Origin: Thermoleophilia bacterium
GTDB lineage: Bacteria; Actinomycetota; Thermoleophilia; RBG-16-64-13
Length of the DNA stretch: 48,498 nt
Direction: 5' to 3'
Assembly (NCBI GenBank): GCA_017882525.1
Contig: JADGPI010000132.1
Location: 1-48,498, forward strand
A model generated the notes under the pieces. It was not told the DNA's origin, ran no database searches, and saw nothing but the letters and a program-made list of their open reading frames with translations. Of the stretch, positions 30,773 through 38,994 are shown piece by piece. Within the stretch, counting starts at the first letter, position 1, and each line of letters begins with the position of its first letter. Made by a program: the position numbers and the translations under genes.

Positions 30773-31408
30773 ATGCTGGGAGACCTACTCATGTCCTGGC
30801 CAACAAACGTGACAGCCCTGAGAGAGCCTCACGAGATCGAGCGCATGCACTTTCTCGACTCCCTTTCCCTCCTGGACCTTCCCGCGGTTCGCGCAGCTTC
30901 CAGTATCGTCGACATTGGATCGGGCGCGGGCCTACCGGCTTTGGTGCTCGCATTGGCGCTCCCAGGTGCACAAGTGGTAGCGCTGGAGTCGCAGAGGAAG
31001 AAATGCGCGTTTATCCGTGAGGCGGTTTCGAGAATGGGCCTCGGCAACGTCGTCGTCGAGTGTGCCCGAGCGGAAGACTATGGCCGAAGCCCCCAACGCG
31101 GGTCGTTCGATATCGCAGTTTCGCGAGCCTTGGCTTCTCTGGCCGTATCTGCCGAGCTTTCTTTGCCTCTTCTCCGGCTCGGGGGAGCAATGGTGGCGAT
31201 GAAAGGGGCTATCTCCAACGAAGAGCGTACGCTTGGAGCGAGGGCCCTCGCTATACTTGGGGCCGACTCTTTGGAGCTGGTGCGCCTGGACCCGTTCCCG
31301 GATGCTGAGAACCGTTGGGCTTGTCTGGCAGTGAAGACACGTGATACGGCAGCCAGTTTTCCGCGCAGGCCAGGGATGCCGGCCAAGAAGCCTCTGGGGT
31401 CTGGATAA
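30773..31408 (+). CDS. rsmG: 16S rRNA m7G527 methyltransferase RsmG (true start possibly CTG 30704)
   Basis: NVTA, HFLDSL, DIGSGAGLP, ESQRKKCAF, RAED, SRALA, PRRPGMPAKKPL. Confidence 0.95.
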   Translation: MLGDLLMSWPTNVTALREPHEIERMHFLDSLSLLDLPAVRAASSIVDIGSGAGLPALVLALALPGAQVVALESQRKKCAFIREAVSRMGLGNVVVECARAEDYGRSPQRGSFDIAVSRALASLAVSAELSLPLLRLGGAMVAMKGAISNEERTLGARALAILGADSLELVRLDPFPDAENRWACLAVKTRDTAASFPRRPGMPAKKPLGSG

Positions 31409-31480
31409 AGCAAAGGTGCTAGGGGCCCGGTTTGTGCAAGATCCGTATCAGCATGCCGGAAGGATGAAGGGGGCCGAACT

Positions 31481-32245
31481 CTGATTTATGCGATCGCCAA
31501 CCAGAAAGGCGGCGTGGGGAAGACCACCACCGCCATCAATCTGGCCGCGAATCTCGCGCAAGCCGGTGAGCGCGTTCTCCTCATCGATATGGATTCCCAG
31601 GCCAATGCGACGCATGGTCTGGGGGTTAGGACTCTGCGGGGAGAACCTACAGTCCTGGAAGTCCTCTTGGGCGAAAAACCGCTGGCATCGATTCTTCGAT
31701 CTTCCTCCGTTCCGCGGCTGGATGTCGCTCCGTCCTCGCCAGACATGGCAGGGTCGAGCGTCCTGCTCCCGAACCTTGATCGCCGCGAGTATCGATTGAA
31801 GGAGGCTGTTGCGGAGATGGCGGACACTCGCGGGAGGTACGACTACGTGTTCATCGACTGTCCGCCCTCGCTCGGACTGCTTACTGTGAACTCGCTTGTT
31901 GCGGCAGATCAGGTCATCATCCCGGTACAGACTGAGTACTACGCTCTCGAGGGACTGGCTCAACTCATCGCGACTGTATTCGCTGTTCGCGAACGTTTGA
32001 ACCCTTCTCTCAAGGTGGCCGGCCTGGTGCTCACCATGATGGACCCGCGCACGACGCTGGCGAGGCAGGTGGAGCAGGAGATTAGGTCACACTTTCCTAA
32101 CCTCAGCTTCAAAACGGTTATCCCACGAAATGTGCGTTTGGCTGAAGCGCCGAGTCATGGGCTGCCGGTTTCACTGCTCGATCCGCACTGTGCTGGGTCG
32201 GACGCTTACTTCGATCTTGCGATGGAGGTTGTAAGTCATGGCTAA
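31481..32245 (+). CDS. parA: chromosome partitioning ATPase ParA/Soj (inferred CTG start)
   Basis: IYAIANQKGGVGKTTT, DMDSQANAT, IDCPPSLGLLT, PVQTEYYALEG, IPRNVRLAEAPSHG; the track start falls inside Walker A. Confidence 0.93.
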   Translation: MIYAIANQKGGVGKTTTAINLAANLAQAGERVLLIDMDSQANATHGLGVRTLRGEPTVLEVLLGEKPLASILRSSSVPRLDVAPSSPDMAGSSVLLPNLDRREYRLKEAVAEMADTRGRYDYVFIDCPPSLGLLTVNSLVAADQVIIPVQTEYYALEGLAQLIATVFAVRERLNPSLKVAGLVLTMMDPRTTLARQVEQEIRSHFPNLSFKTVIPRNVRLAEAPSHGLPVSLLDPHCAGSDAYFDLAMEVVSHG

Positions 32246-33131
32246 GAGGCCGGCTCTCGGCAGGGGCTTGGCGGCGCTTCTCGGAGAGGGAGTAAGTGCT
32301 GGAGAAGTCACTCTCTCAGGCGGGGGTGTTGCTTCCGAGGTTGGGACTATTGTCGATCTTCCTGTGGGTTCCATTAGGCGAAACCCACGGCAGCCTCGTC
32401 GAGCCATGGATTCGGAAGGCCTCGAGGAGCTGGCTCGATCTATAGCGGCGGTTGGCATAGTCCAGCCGATCATCGTGCGTCAGACCGTGGATGGCTACGA
32501 GCTAATAGCAGGGGAACGCCGCTGGCTCGCTGCCCAAAAGGCAGGGTTTACCGTTGTCCCGGCCATCCTTCGAGGCGCCTCGGACGTAGAGAGTCTTGAG
32601 ATCGCGCTGATCGAGAACGTGGTGCGCCAACAGCTGAATCCCGTGGACGAAGCCCATGCGCTGCGTATTCTCTTGGAGGACCTCGGCGTGACCCAAGAGA
32701 ATCTGGCGGCTCGTGTCGGCAAGAGCCGGTCTGCCATCGCCAACAAGGTGCGTCTGCTGGACTTGCCGCCCGGCGTCCAGGAGCTTATGAGCGCCGGTTC
32801 TTTGAGTGAAGGGCATGGGCGCGCGCTGCTGGGGGTGGGCGAGCGAGGCCCGCAGATTCGCCTCGCGCGTCGGGCGGCCGAGAAAGGCTTGTCCGTGCGC
32901 CAGGTTGAGGAAGAGGTTCGCCGGCTGAACGAAGGTGCTCCGGCGAAAACCGTGCCTGCTGCAACAAACCTGCCATCCGAAGTGACCGACAGAGCGCGAA
33001 ACAGCTTCTTCTCCTTGTTGGGCGTCATGCCCCGACTGAAGGTGCAAGGAAGGGGCGGCCGAGTCGAGATCCCCTTTTCCGACGCCGAGGAGTTGTGTCG
33101 TCTGCTAGACAGGCTGGAGTCCCAGCCTTAG
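32238..33131 (+). CDS. parB: chromosome partitioning protein ParB/Spo0J
   Basis: LGRGLAAL, NPRQPRR, GIVQPI, IAGERRW, ALIEN, GKSRSAIANKVRLL, GHGRALL. Confidence 0.96.
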   Translation: MAKRPALGRGLAALLGEGVSAGEVTLSGGGVASEVGTIVDLPVGSIRRNPRQPRRAMDSEGLEELARSIAAVGIVQPIIVRQTVDGYELIAGERRWLAAQKAGFTVVPAILRGASDVESLEIALIENVVRQQLNPVDEAHALRILLEDLGVTQENLAARVGKSRSAIANKVRLLDLPPGVQELMSAGSLSEGHGRALLGVGERGPQIRLARRAAEKGLSVRQVEEEVRRLNEGAPAKTVPAATNLPSEVTDRARNSFFSLLGVMPRLKVQGRGGRVEIPFSDAEELCRLLDRLESQP

Positions 33132-33415
33132 GTCTCGCAATCGGCTGCGGCTCTCAGGTCGGAGCGCCCTTTCCTACCGCGGTGATTCTGTCTGCACTTG
33201 GCGCTTTTCCGGTTGAGGGCGAGGACAGGCAGTACCGCGCCGTGCGCATTGCAGTCCCGTGGATACCGAGTGGTGCTTCGCTACCCGTCCAACGCCACAG
33301 GGCGGAGTCGGAACCCTTCGCTCTTATTACGGCGTCGTACGCCAGGGTAAGCTGCCGCGGTGTGGTGGCCTGCAACAGCGTTAAGTGTCCAGCCGATTTT
33401 CGCTAGGGGGATGAC

Positions 33416-34279
33416 ATGAGAAGCAGCCGTGGCGCGACCAAGTCTCAGGACCCAAGAAAGAGTCTCACACCACCTGCGGAGAGCACTGCCTCCCAGCGGT
33501 GCGCAAGGCGGAGGAGGTTCAACGTCGGGCTGAGAGTCACAGCCGGTGTTGTGGGTTTCGGGCTGGTGGCGGTGCTTCTTGTGGCGTGCGGCCACCAAGA
33601 GACTCGAGCCGGCGACATATCAAGCCAGATCACCAAGGCGGGAGCCGACAACACGATCACGGTGTCGGGTAGGGGCACCGTCGACGCGTCGCCCGATGAA
33701 GCGGTCGTGACTATCACGGTGGAGACTCAAGGAGCCGACCCTGCCTCGGCCCTGGATGCGAACTCGAAGACCACAAAGAACGTCTCTGATAGATTGTCGG
33801 CGGAGGGGATCCAGAGCGACGCCATCCAGACCTCCAATGTTTCCGTATATCCCGACCGCACGTATGATCCGAAGACCGGTAAGGAGAGCATCACCGGGTA
33901 CCACGCGACGAACTCGGTGGTTGTGACCCTGAAGGATGCTGCTACGGTCGGCAAGGTCCTAAGTGGCACTGTGGAGGCTGGCGCAACGAACGTGTCCGGC
34001 CCGGTTTGGCGAGTGGCGGCGGATAGCCCGTCGGTTACCGAAGCCCTGAAGAAAGCCGTGGCAAACGCTCGAACAAAGGCACAGGCTCTCGCTGAGGCTG
34101 AAGGCATTAAGCTCGGCGCCGTTCTCACCATGACGGAAGGGTCCGTCGATCAGCCGATCTCTCCGCAATTCGACAGCGCAAGAGCCGCAGGCACCGGTTC
34201 TGTGGCTATACCACCGGTGAGTGCGGGCACCATAGAGATCACCGCGAACATGACCATCACCTACAGCTTGACGCGCTAG
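33416..34279 (+). CDS. SIMPL domain (DUF541) protein, probable lipoprotein
   Basis: LLVAC lipobox; TITVSGRGTV.ASPDEA, IQTSNVSVYP, GYHATN, ALKKAVANA.TKA.ALA, AGTIEITA. Confidence 0.88.
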   Translation: MRSSRGATKSQDPRKSLTPPAESTASQRCARRRRFNVGLRVTAGVVGFGLVAVLLVACGHQETRAGDISSQITKAGADNTITVSGRGTVDASPDEAVVTITVETQGADPASALDANSKTTKNVSDRLSAEGIQSDAIQTSNVSVYPDRTYDPKTGKESITGYHATNSVVVTLKDAATVGKVLSGTVEAGATNVSGPVWRVAADSPSVTEALKKAVANARTKAQALAEAEGIKLGAVLTMTEGSVDQPISPQFDSARAAGTGSVAIPPVSAGTIEITANMTITYSLTR

Positions 34280-34412
34280 GAGCTAGATCTGACCTTGAGC
34301 TCGAGGTCTGCCTGGCCTGTTGTGAGACTGTCGGTTGTCGCCGTGGGGAACAGGCGAAGAAGTCTCGTTGGGGGTCGCGCCCGGCACCGTGGCGTGCTGT
34401 TATGATGGACAC

Positions 34413-35072
34413 ATGGGATTCCGCTTCGTCATCGAGAGGACCCGTGACGCCTGGACTCTTGGGCTTAGCGTACGCTTGACTCGCACCGAGTCCGCGCAGG
34501 TGTTCATGTCCGGGGATTCTCTGCTGCAGTGGCCGGTCGAGGGTCTCAAAGCGATCGGGCATCTCCCTCTCGAGAGGACCTCGATGTTCATCTCGGAAGC
34601 CGCCGCACACTCCGAGGGGCTGGAGCTTGAGTATGCAGAGTGCGGGCAGGCAGAGCGGGCCGGGGCCATCCTCCGAAAGCAGCTGGTGGAGGCGGGGATC
34701 GACGAGGAGGCCGAGTCGCACATCGAATACCAAGACCCTTCGGCCGACTTCTTGAAAGATATCCTTGCCGAGTACCTCACCATCAAAGGTATGCGGGCGG
34801 CCATTCTCGTGTCCGACCAAGGATTGATGATCAGCTGCGCGGCGGCCGAAGGAGTGGACACCGCGAGCATCTCGGCGCTGGTGATAGACACCATCGCCTC
34901 CGCGCAGAATCTTGGAGGGCAGGTCAATGCCGGGTCGCTCAACACGATGACCGTGGAGTACGAGAACCTTACCCTGCTACTTGCTCCATTCTCGCAGGAT
35001 GTCATGCTGGTTATCGTCGCGGAGCCGGGCTCCATCGCCGCGTCGCCGTCGAAGCAGGAAGAGACCTCCTGA
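34413..35072 (+). CDS. Roadblock/LC7 (MglB-like) domain protein with unknown N-terminal domain
   Basis: C-terminal half IKGMRAAILVSDQGLMIS...ISAL...LG..V.AG.LNTMTVEYEN; TGtTATGAT -10 lies 6 nt before the ATG. Confidence 0.8.
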   Translation: MGFRFVIERTRDAWTLGLSVRLTRTESAQVFMSGDSLLQWPVEGLKAIGHLPLERTSMFISEAAAHSEGLELEYAECGQAERAGAILRKQLVEAGIDEEAESHIEYQDPSADFLKDILAEYLTIKGMRAAILVSDQGLMISCAAAEGVDTASISALVIDTIASAQNLGGQVNAGSLNTMTVEYENLTLLLAPFSQDVMLVIVAEPGSIAASPSKQEETS

Positions 35073-35169
35073 CGCCAAAGCTCCGGCGCGGTCCTGCAGA
35101 AGCAGCGGTCGGTCCTGCCACCATGGCCGGCCCGGACCTGCGATCTCACTACCCGAGGACATTCACTGG

Positions 35170-35808
35170 CTAGGTGATCGGGGGCAATGGTTCGGCTTGT
35201 GTGCCGATCTTTTCGCCCGTTACGTAGTCAAGAAAGCCGATGACTTCGGCTGCAACATCAGTCGCTCCACTCGCCGGGGGTCCGACAGAGGTTCCTCTCG
35301 GAGACGCGGCAGTGGTGGTCGCGGACGAGGGGTCCAGGGCAGATTGCACTGTGGTGGGCAAAGGAAGGCCGGAGGTCGTAGTCCCGGCGGAGACGGCAAT
35401 GCTCGAGTGGTCGTCTGCGCTGGCGAGGCTCTGGCCAGTATCGGGCATTCCCCAGACTTCCCACACCAAACGTGGAGTTTCGGGCACGGTCAAGGCGATC
35501 CCATCTCGCGTGTAGTAGATGTATCGTGACCTCCTAGGAAAGTAAAGAAGCTTGACGCGAGTCGGCCGTAAGGACCCGACGGCGAAGACATCTTTCGCCC
35601 TCAGCAGGGCCTTGCCTGAATTGCCAAGCTGAGCCGAACCGGAAACGCGAAGCAGAGTCACAATGAGGCCATACGCTTTGATAGGGTGGGTGGCGTATTG
35701 GCCGTCTTGATTCGGCGAGGTGAACCGCTCTGCGACCATAGTTGGGAGGGCGAGCAGCAGCAAGACTACCAATGGAACGATCCAAAGCAGGTGGCTTCTG
35801 GGTCTCAT
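35170..35808 (-). CDS. hypothetical membrane-anchored/secreted protein
   Basis: GGAGG SD; N-terminal hydrophobic helix; S/T/P-rich insert before a short C-terminal segment (VIGFLDYVTG). Confidence 0.7.
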   Translation of the reverse strand: MRPRSHLLWIVPLVVLLLLALPTMVAERFTSPNQDGQYATHPIKAYGLIVTLLRVSGSAQLGNSGKALLRAKDVFAVGSLRPTRVKLLYFPRRSRYIYYTRDGIALTVPETPRLVWEVWGMPDTGQSLASADDHSSIAVSAGTTTSGLPLPTTVQSALDPSSATTTAASPRGTSVGPPASGATDVAAEVIGFLDYVTGEKIGTQAEPLPPIT

Positions 35809-35930
35809 GCTGCACCTCCAGGTCTCCCAGTGAGACGGTGGAATTGGGCGGTTCGGTCCCCTGGGCCACACGTCTCAGAGGGAGATTATCCGTCAAGAGG
35901 CTGGAAAACGCCACGCCGAGAGGAGTTCGA

Positions 35931-36452
35931 GTGCTTGGCCGCGGGAGGATCCTCGTAAACACGGGCAGCGGCAAAGGAAAGACCACCGCTGCTTTTGGCA
36001 CGGTCTTCCGCGCCGCCGGCCACGGGCAGGCCGTCGCCGTGGTGCAGTTCATCAAGGGTGAATGGAGCTGCGGAGAAATCCGGGCTGCGGAGCGCTTTCC
36101 GAACATTCAGGTGACGCGCATAGGGGCCGGATACACTTGGTTGGCCGATGACCCGGAAGTGCCGCGATCGCTGGCTCGCGAAGCCTGGGACAAGTGTTGT
36201 GAGTTGGCAGCCAGTAACGAGTTCGACCTCTTGGTGATGGATGAGTTGAACTGCGCCGTGGCTGAGGGCTTCGTGTCTGTGGACGAGGTCTTGCGGCTGT
36301 TTGAGGCCAAGCCGGCACGGCTTTCTGTGATTATCACCGGAAGGGACGCCAAAGCCGAGATAATTGCCGCGGCAGACACCGTGACCGAGATGCACTGTGT
36401 CAAGCACGCTTTCTATTGTGGAGTGCCAGCAAGGCGCGGCATCGAGTACTGA
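35931..36452 (+). CDS. cobO: cob(I)yrinic acid a,c-diamide adenosyltransferase (CobO/BtuR)
   Basis: NTGSGKGKTTAAFG, VQFIKG, MDELN, IITGR, ADTVTEM, KHAF..G.PARRGIEY; GTG start after GAGGAG. Confidence 0.93.
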   Translation: MLGRGRILVNTGSGKGKTTAAFGTVFRAAGHGQAVAVVQFIKGEWSCGEIRAAERFPNIQVTRIGAGYTWLADDPEVPRSLAREAWDKCCELAASNEFDLLVMDELNCAVAEGFVSVDEVLRLFEAKPARLSVIITGRDAKAEIIAAADTVTEMHCVKHAFYCGVPARRGIEY

Positions 36453-36747
36453 CGCAAGGACCAGCTTGGTCTTACCATCCTACCTGGCCTGCTTGCTTGC
36501 TTGCCCGCCAGCCTGCTTGCCAGCGGCCCACCCCAGTGACGCCTGCCCCCCGCCCCCTTACTTTCTGGCCAGCAGCCTGGCCGGCCGCGTGGCTTAAAGG
36601 GGACACGCCGCATTCGGCCCGTCTTCTAGCCCCGGAGGGACTTTCATTCGAAGACCGCGGCCACGGCAGGGCGCAATCCTCGCCCGCCTAGCTCTCTGTC
36701 GATCGGAACGTCAGTCGGCGGCTGGCCCGCAATCGACGGTCGAGGCC

Positions 36748-38148
36748 TCAGTCCGGCGGAGTCTCGATGAACGGGGGGCTTCCGTCAGCGGGCGGAGTCT
36801 CGGCCGGATACGATCGGCGTCTGGCGGCCAGTTGACCGCATGCGGCATCGATCCCGCTCCCCTTACTCTGCCTGACCACCGTCTCGATGTGGTGGTTGAC
36901 AAGGATGCTGCGAAAACCCTCGATGGCCTCACGGGTGGCCGGACGAAAACCGACAGGCGAGTGATTCTGAGTCGGAGTGCGTGACGGCGTATCGGAGGGT
37001 CGGCTTTCAAGGGAGGGTCGGCTTTCAAGGGAGGGCCGGCCCTCCGCGGCGGAGAGGCTCTCGTCCGGGCTACTTGTTACGCGATTCCACGCGAGAAGGT
37101 TGACGGCTACCACGTGACCCTTGAGAAGAGCAGCCAGGCGTCGAGCATCCTCCGGGGAGTCGTTGACGCCTCCAAGAAGCACGTATTCCACGAGCAACTT
37201 GCGGCGGGTCAGGGCGAAGTGATCCCAGGCGGCATTGAGAACCTCTGCCAGAGGGTGACAGTACTTGGCCGGGATGAGCAAAGCCCGAAGACGGTCGTCG
37301 GCGGCGTGGAGGCTGATGGCGAGGTTCACCTGGGGCTCTTCGTCCGCGAGCCTGCGGATCCCGGCGGGTATTCCCACTGTCGACACGGACAATGATCGAT
37401 GGCCCATCCCGATTCCCAAGGGGTCGGTGAGCAAGCGGATGGAGGTGAGCACCGCCTGCAGGTTCAAGAGCGGCTCGCCCATGCCCATGTAGACGACATT
37501 GGAGAGGGTTCTATCTTCGGATCGCAGCACGGCGATGACCGAACGCACTTGGTCGACGATCTCCGCGGCGCTCAGGTTGCGTCGGAAGCCGAGAGCGCCG
37601 GTCGCGCAGAATGCGCAGCCCACGGGGCAGCCCACTTGCGTCGACACACACGCGGTGACTCGCTGGCTGTAGCGCATAATGACCGTCTCTATGCACGCAC
37701 CGTCGGCACCGGTGAGCAGGAGTTTAGTGGTCCCGTCCTGAGATGAACGCCGGGCCGTCTCTCGCAGAACCGACGCGCCGAGCTTTTCGAGTGTGGACCT
37801 CAGCTCGACCGGTAGAGGCGTAGCTTCCGTGAATGCAACGCCAGGGTGGTGAGTGAGATGCTCATACACCTGAAGATAGCGGTACTGTTCGGCGCCCGAG
37901 TCCACGAGAACCTGAGAAAGATCGGGCCGGTAGATGGCCAGAAGCTCCCTCGGATTGAGCGTGGGCTGAGGGACCTTTCGCGGGGGGGTGACGGTCGTCC
38001 TTGCTCGCGCCGCGGGCGCGGGACCGGATGCGCGTTGCGACGATCCTCGAGGGCCGCCACCTGCCGGAGACGGCTTCTGCGAGGATGGCTGTGGCCTGGA
38101 TGACCAACCGTGCCGTTTGTCAGCTGAGGGCTTCCTAGGGTTAGCCAC
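36748..38148 (-). CDS. rlmN: dual-specificity RNA methyltransferase RlmN (radical SAM)
   Basis: DGTTK, CVSTQVGCPVGCAFCATG, RNLSAAEI, MGMGEP, SLH, IDAACGQL. Confidence 0.93.
   Translation of the reverse strand: MANPRKPSADKRHGWSSRPQPSSQKPSPAGGGPRGSSQRASGPAPAARARTTVTPPRKVPQPTLNPRELLAIYRPDLSQVLVDSGAEQYRYLQVYEHLTHHPGVAFTEATPLPVELRSTLEKLGASVLRETARRSSQDGTTKLLLTGADGACIETVIMRYSQRVTACVSTQVGCPVGCAFCATGALGFRRNLSAAEIVDQVRSVIAVLRSEDRTLSNVVYMGMGEPLLNLQAVLTSIRLLTDPLGIGMGHRSLSVSTVGIPAGIRRLADEEPQVNLAISLHAADDRLRALLIPAKYCHPLAEVLNAAWDHFALTRRKLLVEYVLLGGVNDSPEDARRLAALLKGHVVAVNLLAWNRVTSSPDESLSAAEGRPSLESRPSLESRPSDTPSRTPTQNHSPVGFRPATREAIEGFRSILVNHHIETVVRQSKGSGIDAACGQLAARRRSYPAETPPADGSPPFIETPPD
36994..37046. repeat. 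in-frame 18-bp tandem repeat (2 perfect + 1 degenerate copies) inside rlmN
   Basis: GGAGGGTCGGCTTTCAAG x2 then GGAGGGCCGGCCCTCCG; encodes EGRPSL-ESRPSL-ESRPS. Confidence 0.85.
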
Positions 38149-38994
38149 TTAGCGGTCCCCGAGCGAGGTGGGCTCGCACATCTTGATCAACATGCCCCTC
38201 TGGACTCCCAGGAGCTCGGCCGCGCTGGCACCATTGAGCGCCAGGCCCATCTGACCCCATGAATCCTGATACAGCCCTAGCTCTCCCGGCGCGAGATCTC
38301 CATACGTCCTCACGAGTCTAGCGCTCCAAGAAGGGAGGCCTTCGCCTACCACCTCCACTTCGACGTTAGGATGGGACGGCTTGAACCGGTCGAAAGGAAG
38401 AGCCAGGCCGACATTGCCAAAACGGTCCACCTCGACCACCTCCGCACAGACTTCGTCCGGGCCGATCTTTGTCACACGGGGAGCAAGAACGGACAGCGCA
38501 GACGCGTCTGCCTCGGTGGAGATCTTGCCCGCGGGGAGCCCGGAGAAAAGCAGCGCAGCCGCCGGCGCGAACACATCGCGACCGTGAAACGTAAAGGAGA
38601 TCCGTTCCTCGGGAAGACCCGCTTGCGCGCGCACCCTTGCCGGGTCGAGCACCCAGACTGCAAGGGCGCCGCCGAGGGCTTCCAGCGCAGGCATGAGGAG
38701 GCCATTGTCCGGTCCGACCAAGACGTCTCCCCTCCGCGCCTTGAGCGCGATCAGACGGCGCTTCGTGCCGACGCCGGGATCCACAACCGCCAGGTGCACC
38801 GCCACCGGGCAAAGCGGGGCCACTCGAGCAAGAACGTCAGCTCCCTCCTGGACGTCTCCCACGCGTACCTCATGCGAGACATGCATCACTCTGGCGTCAG
38901 GACTGATCGAAGCTAAGGTCGCTTCGCACGCGGCGACGTAGCCGCCTCCCCACCCGAAATCCGTGAGGAACGTGATCAGGGCGAAATCGCTCAC
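38149..38994 (-). CDS. SAM hydroxide adenosyltransferase (DUF62; chlorinase/fluorinase superfamily)
   Basis: ITFLTDFG, VVDPGVGTKRR, GPDNGLL, TFHGRDVFAP, VDRFGN; Asp-Arg-His triad indicates the hydrolase type. Confidence 0.9.
   Translation of the reverse strand: MSDFALITFLTDFGWGGGYVAACEATLASISPDARVMHVSHEVRVGDVQEGADVLARVAPLCPVAVHLAVVDPGVGTKRRLIALKARRGDVLVGPDNGLLMPALEALGGALAVWVLDPARVRAQAGLPEERISFTFHGRDVFAPAAALLFSGLPAGKISTEADASALSVLAPRVTKIGPDEVCAEVVEVDRFGNVGLALPFDRFKPSHPNVEVEVVGEGLPSWSARLVRTYGDLAPGELGLYQDSWGQMGLALNGASAAELLGVQRGMLIKMCEPTSLGDR

Noticed and set aside
36478-36590. CCTG/CTTG tetranucleotide-like low-complexity tract between cobO and rlmN
   Set aside because: Short and imperfect with no spacer structure; not a CRISPR array or a recognisable element
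38149-38994. Halogenase (fluorinase/chlorinase) activity
   Set aside because: TFHGRD and the DPGVGxxR triad are hallmarks of the SAM hydrolase subgroup, not FlA/SalL
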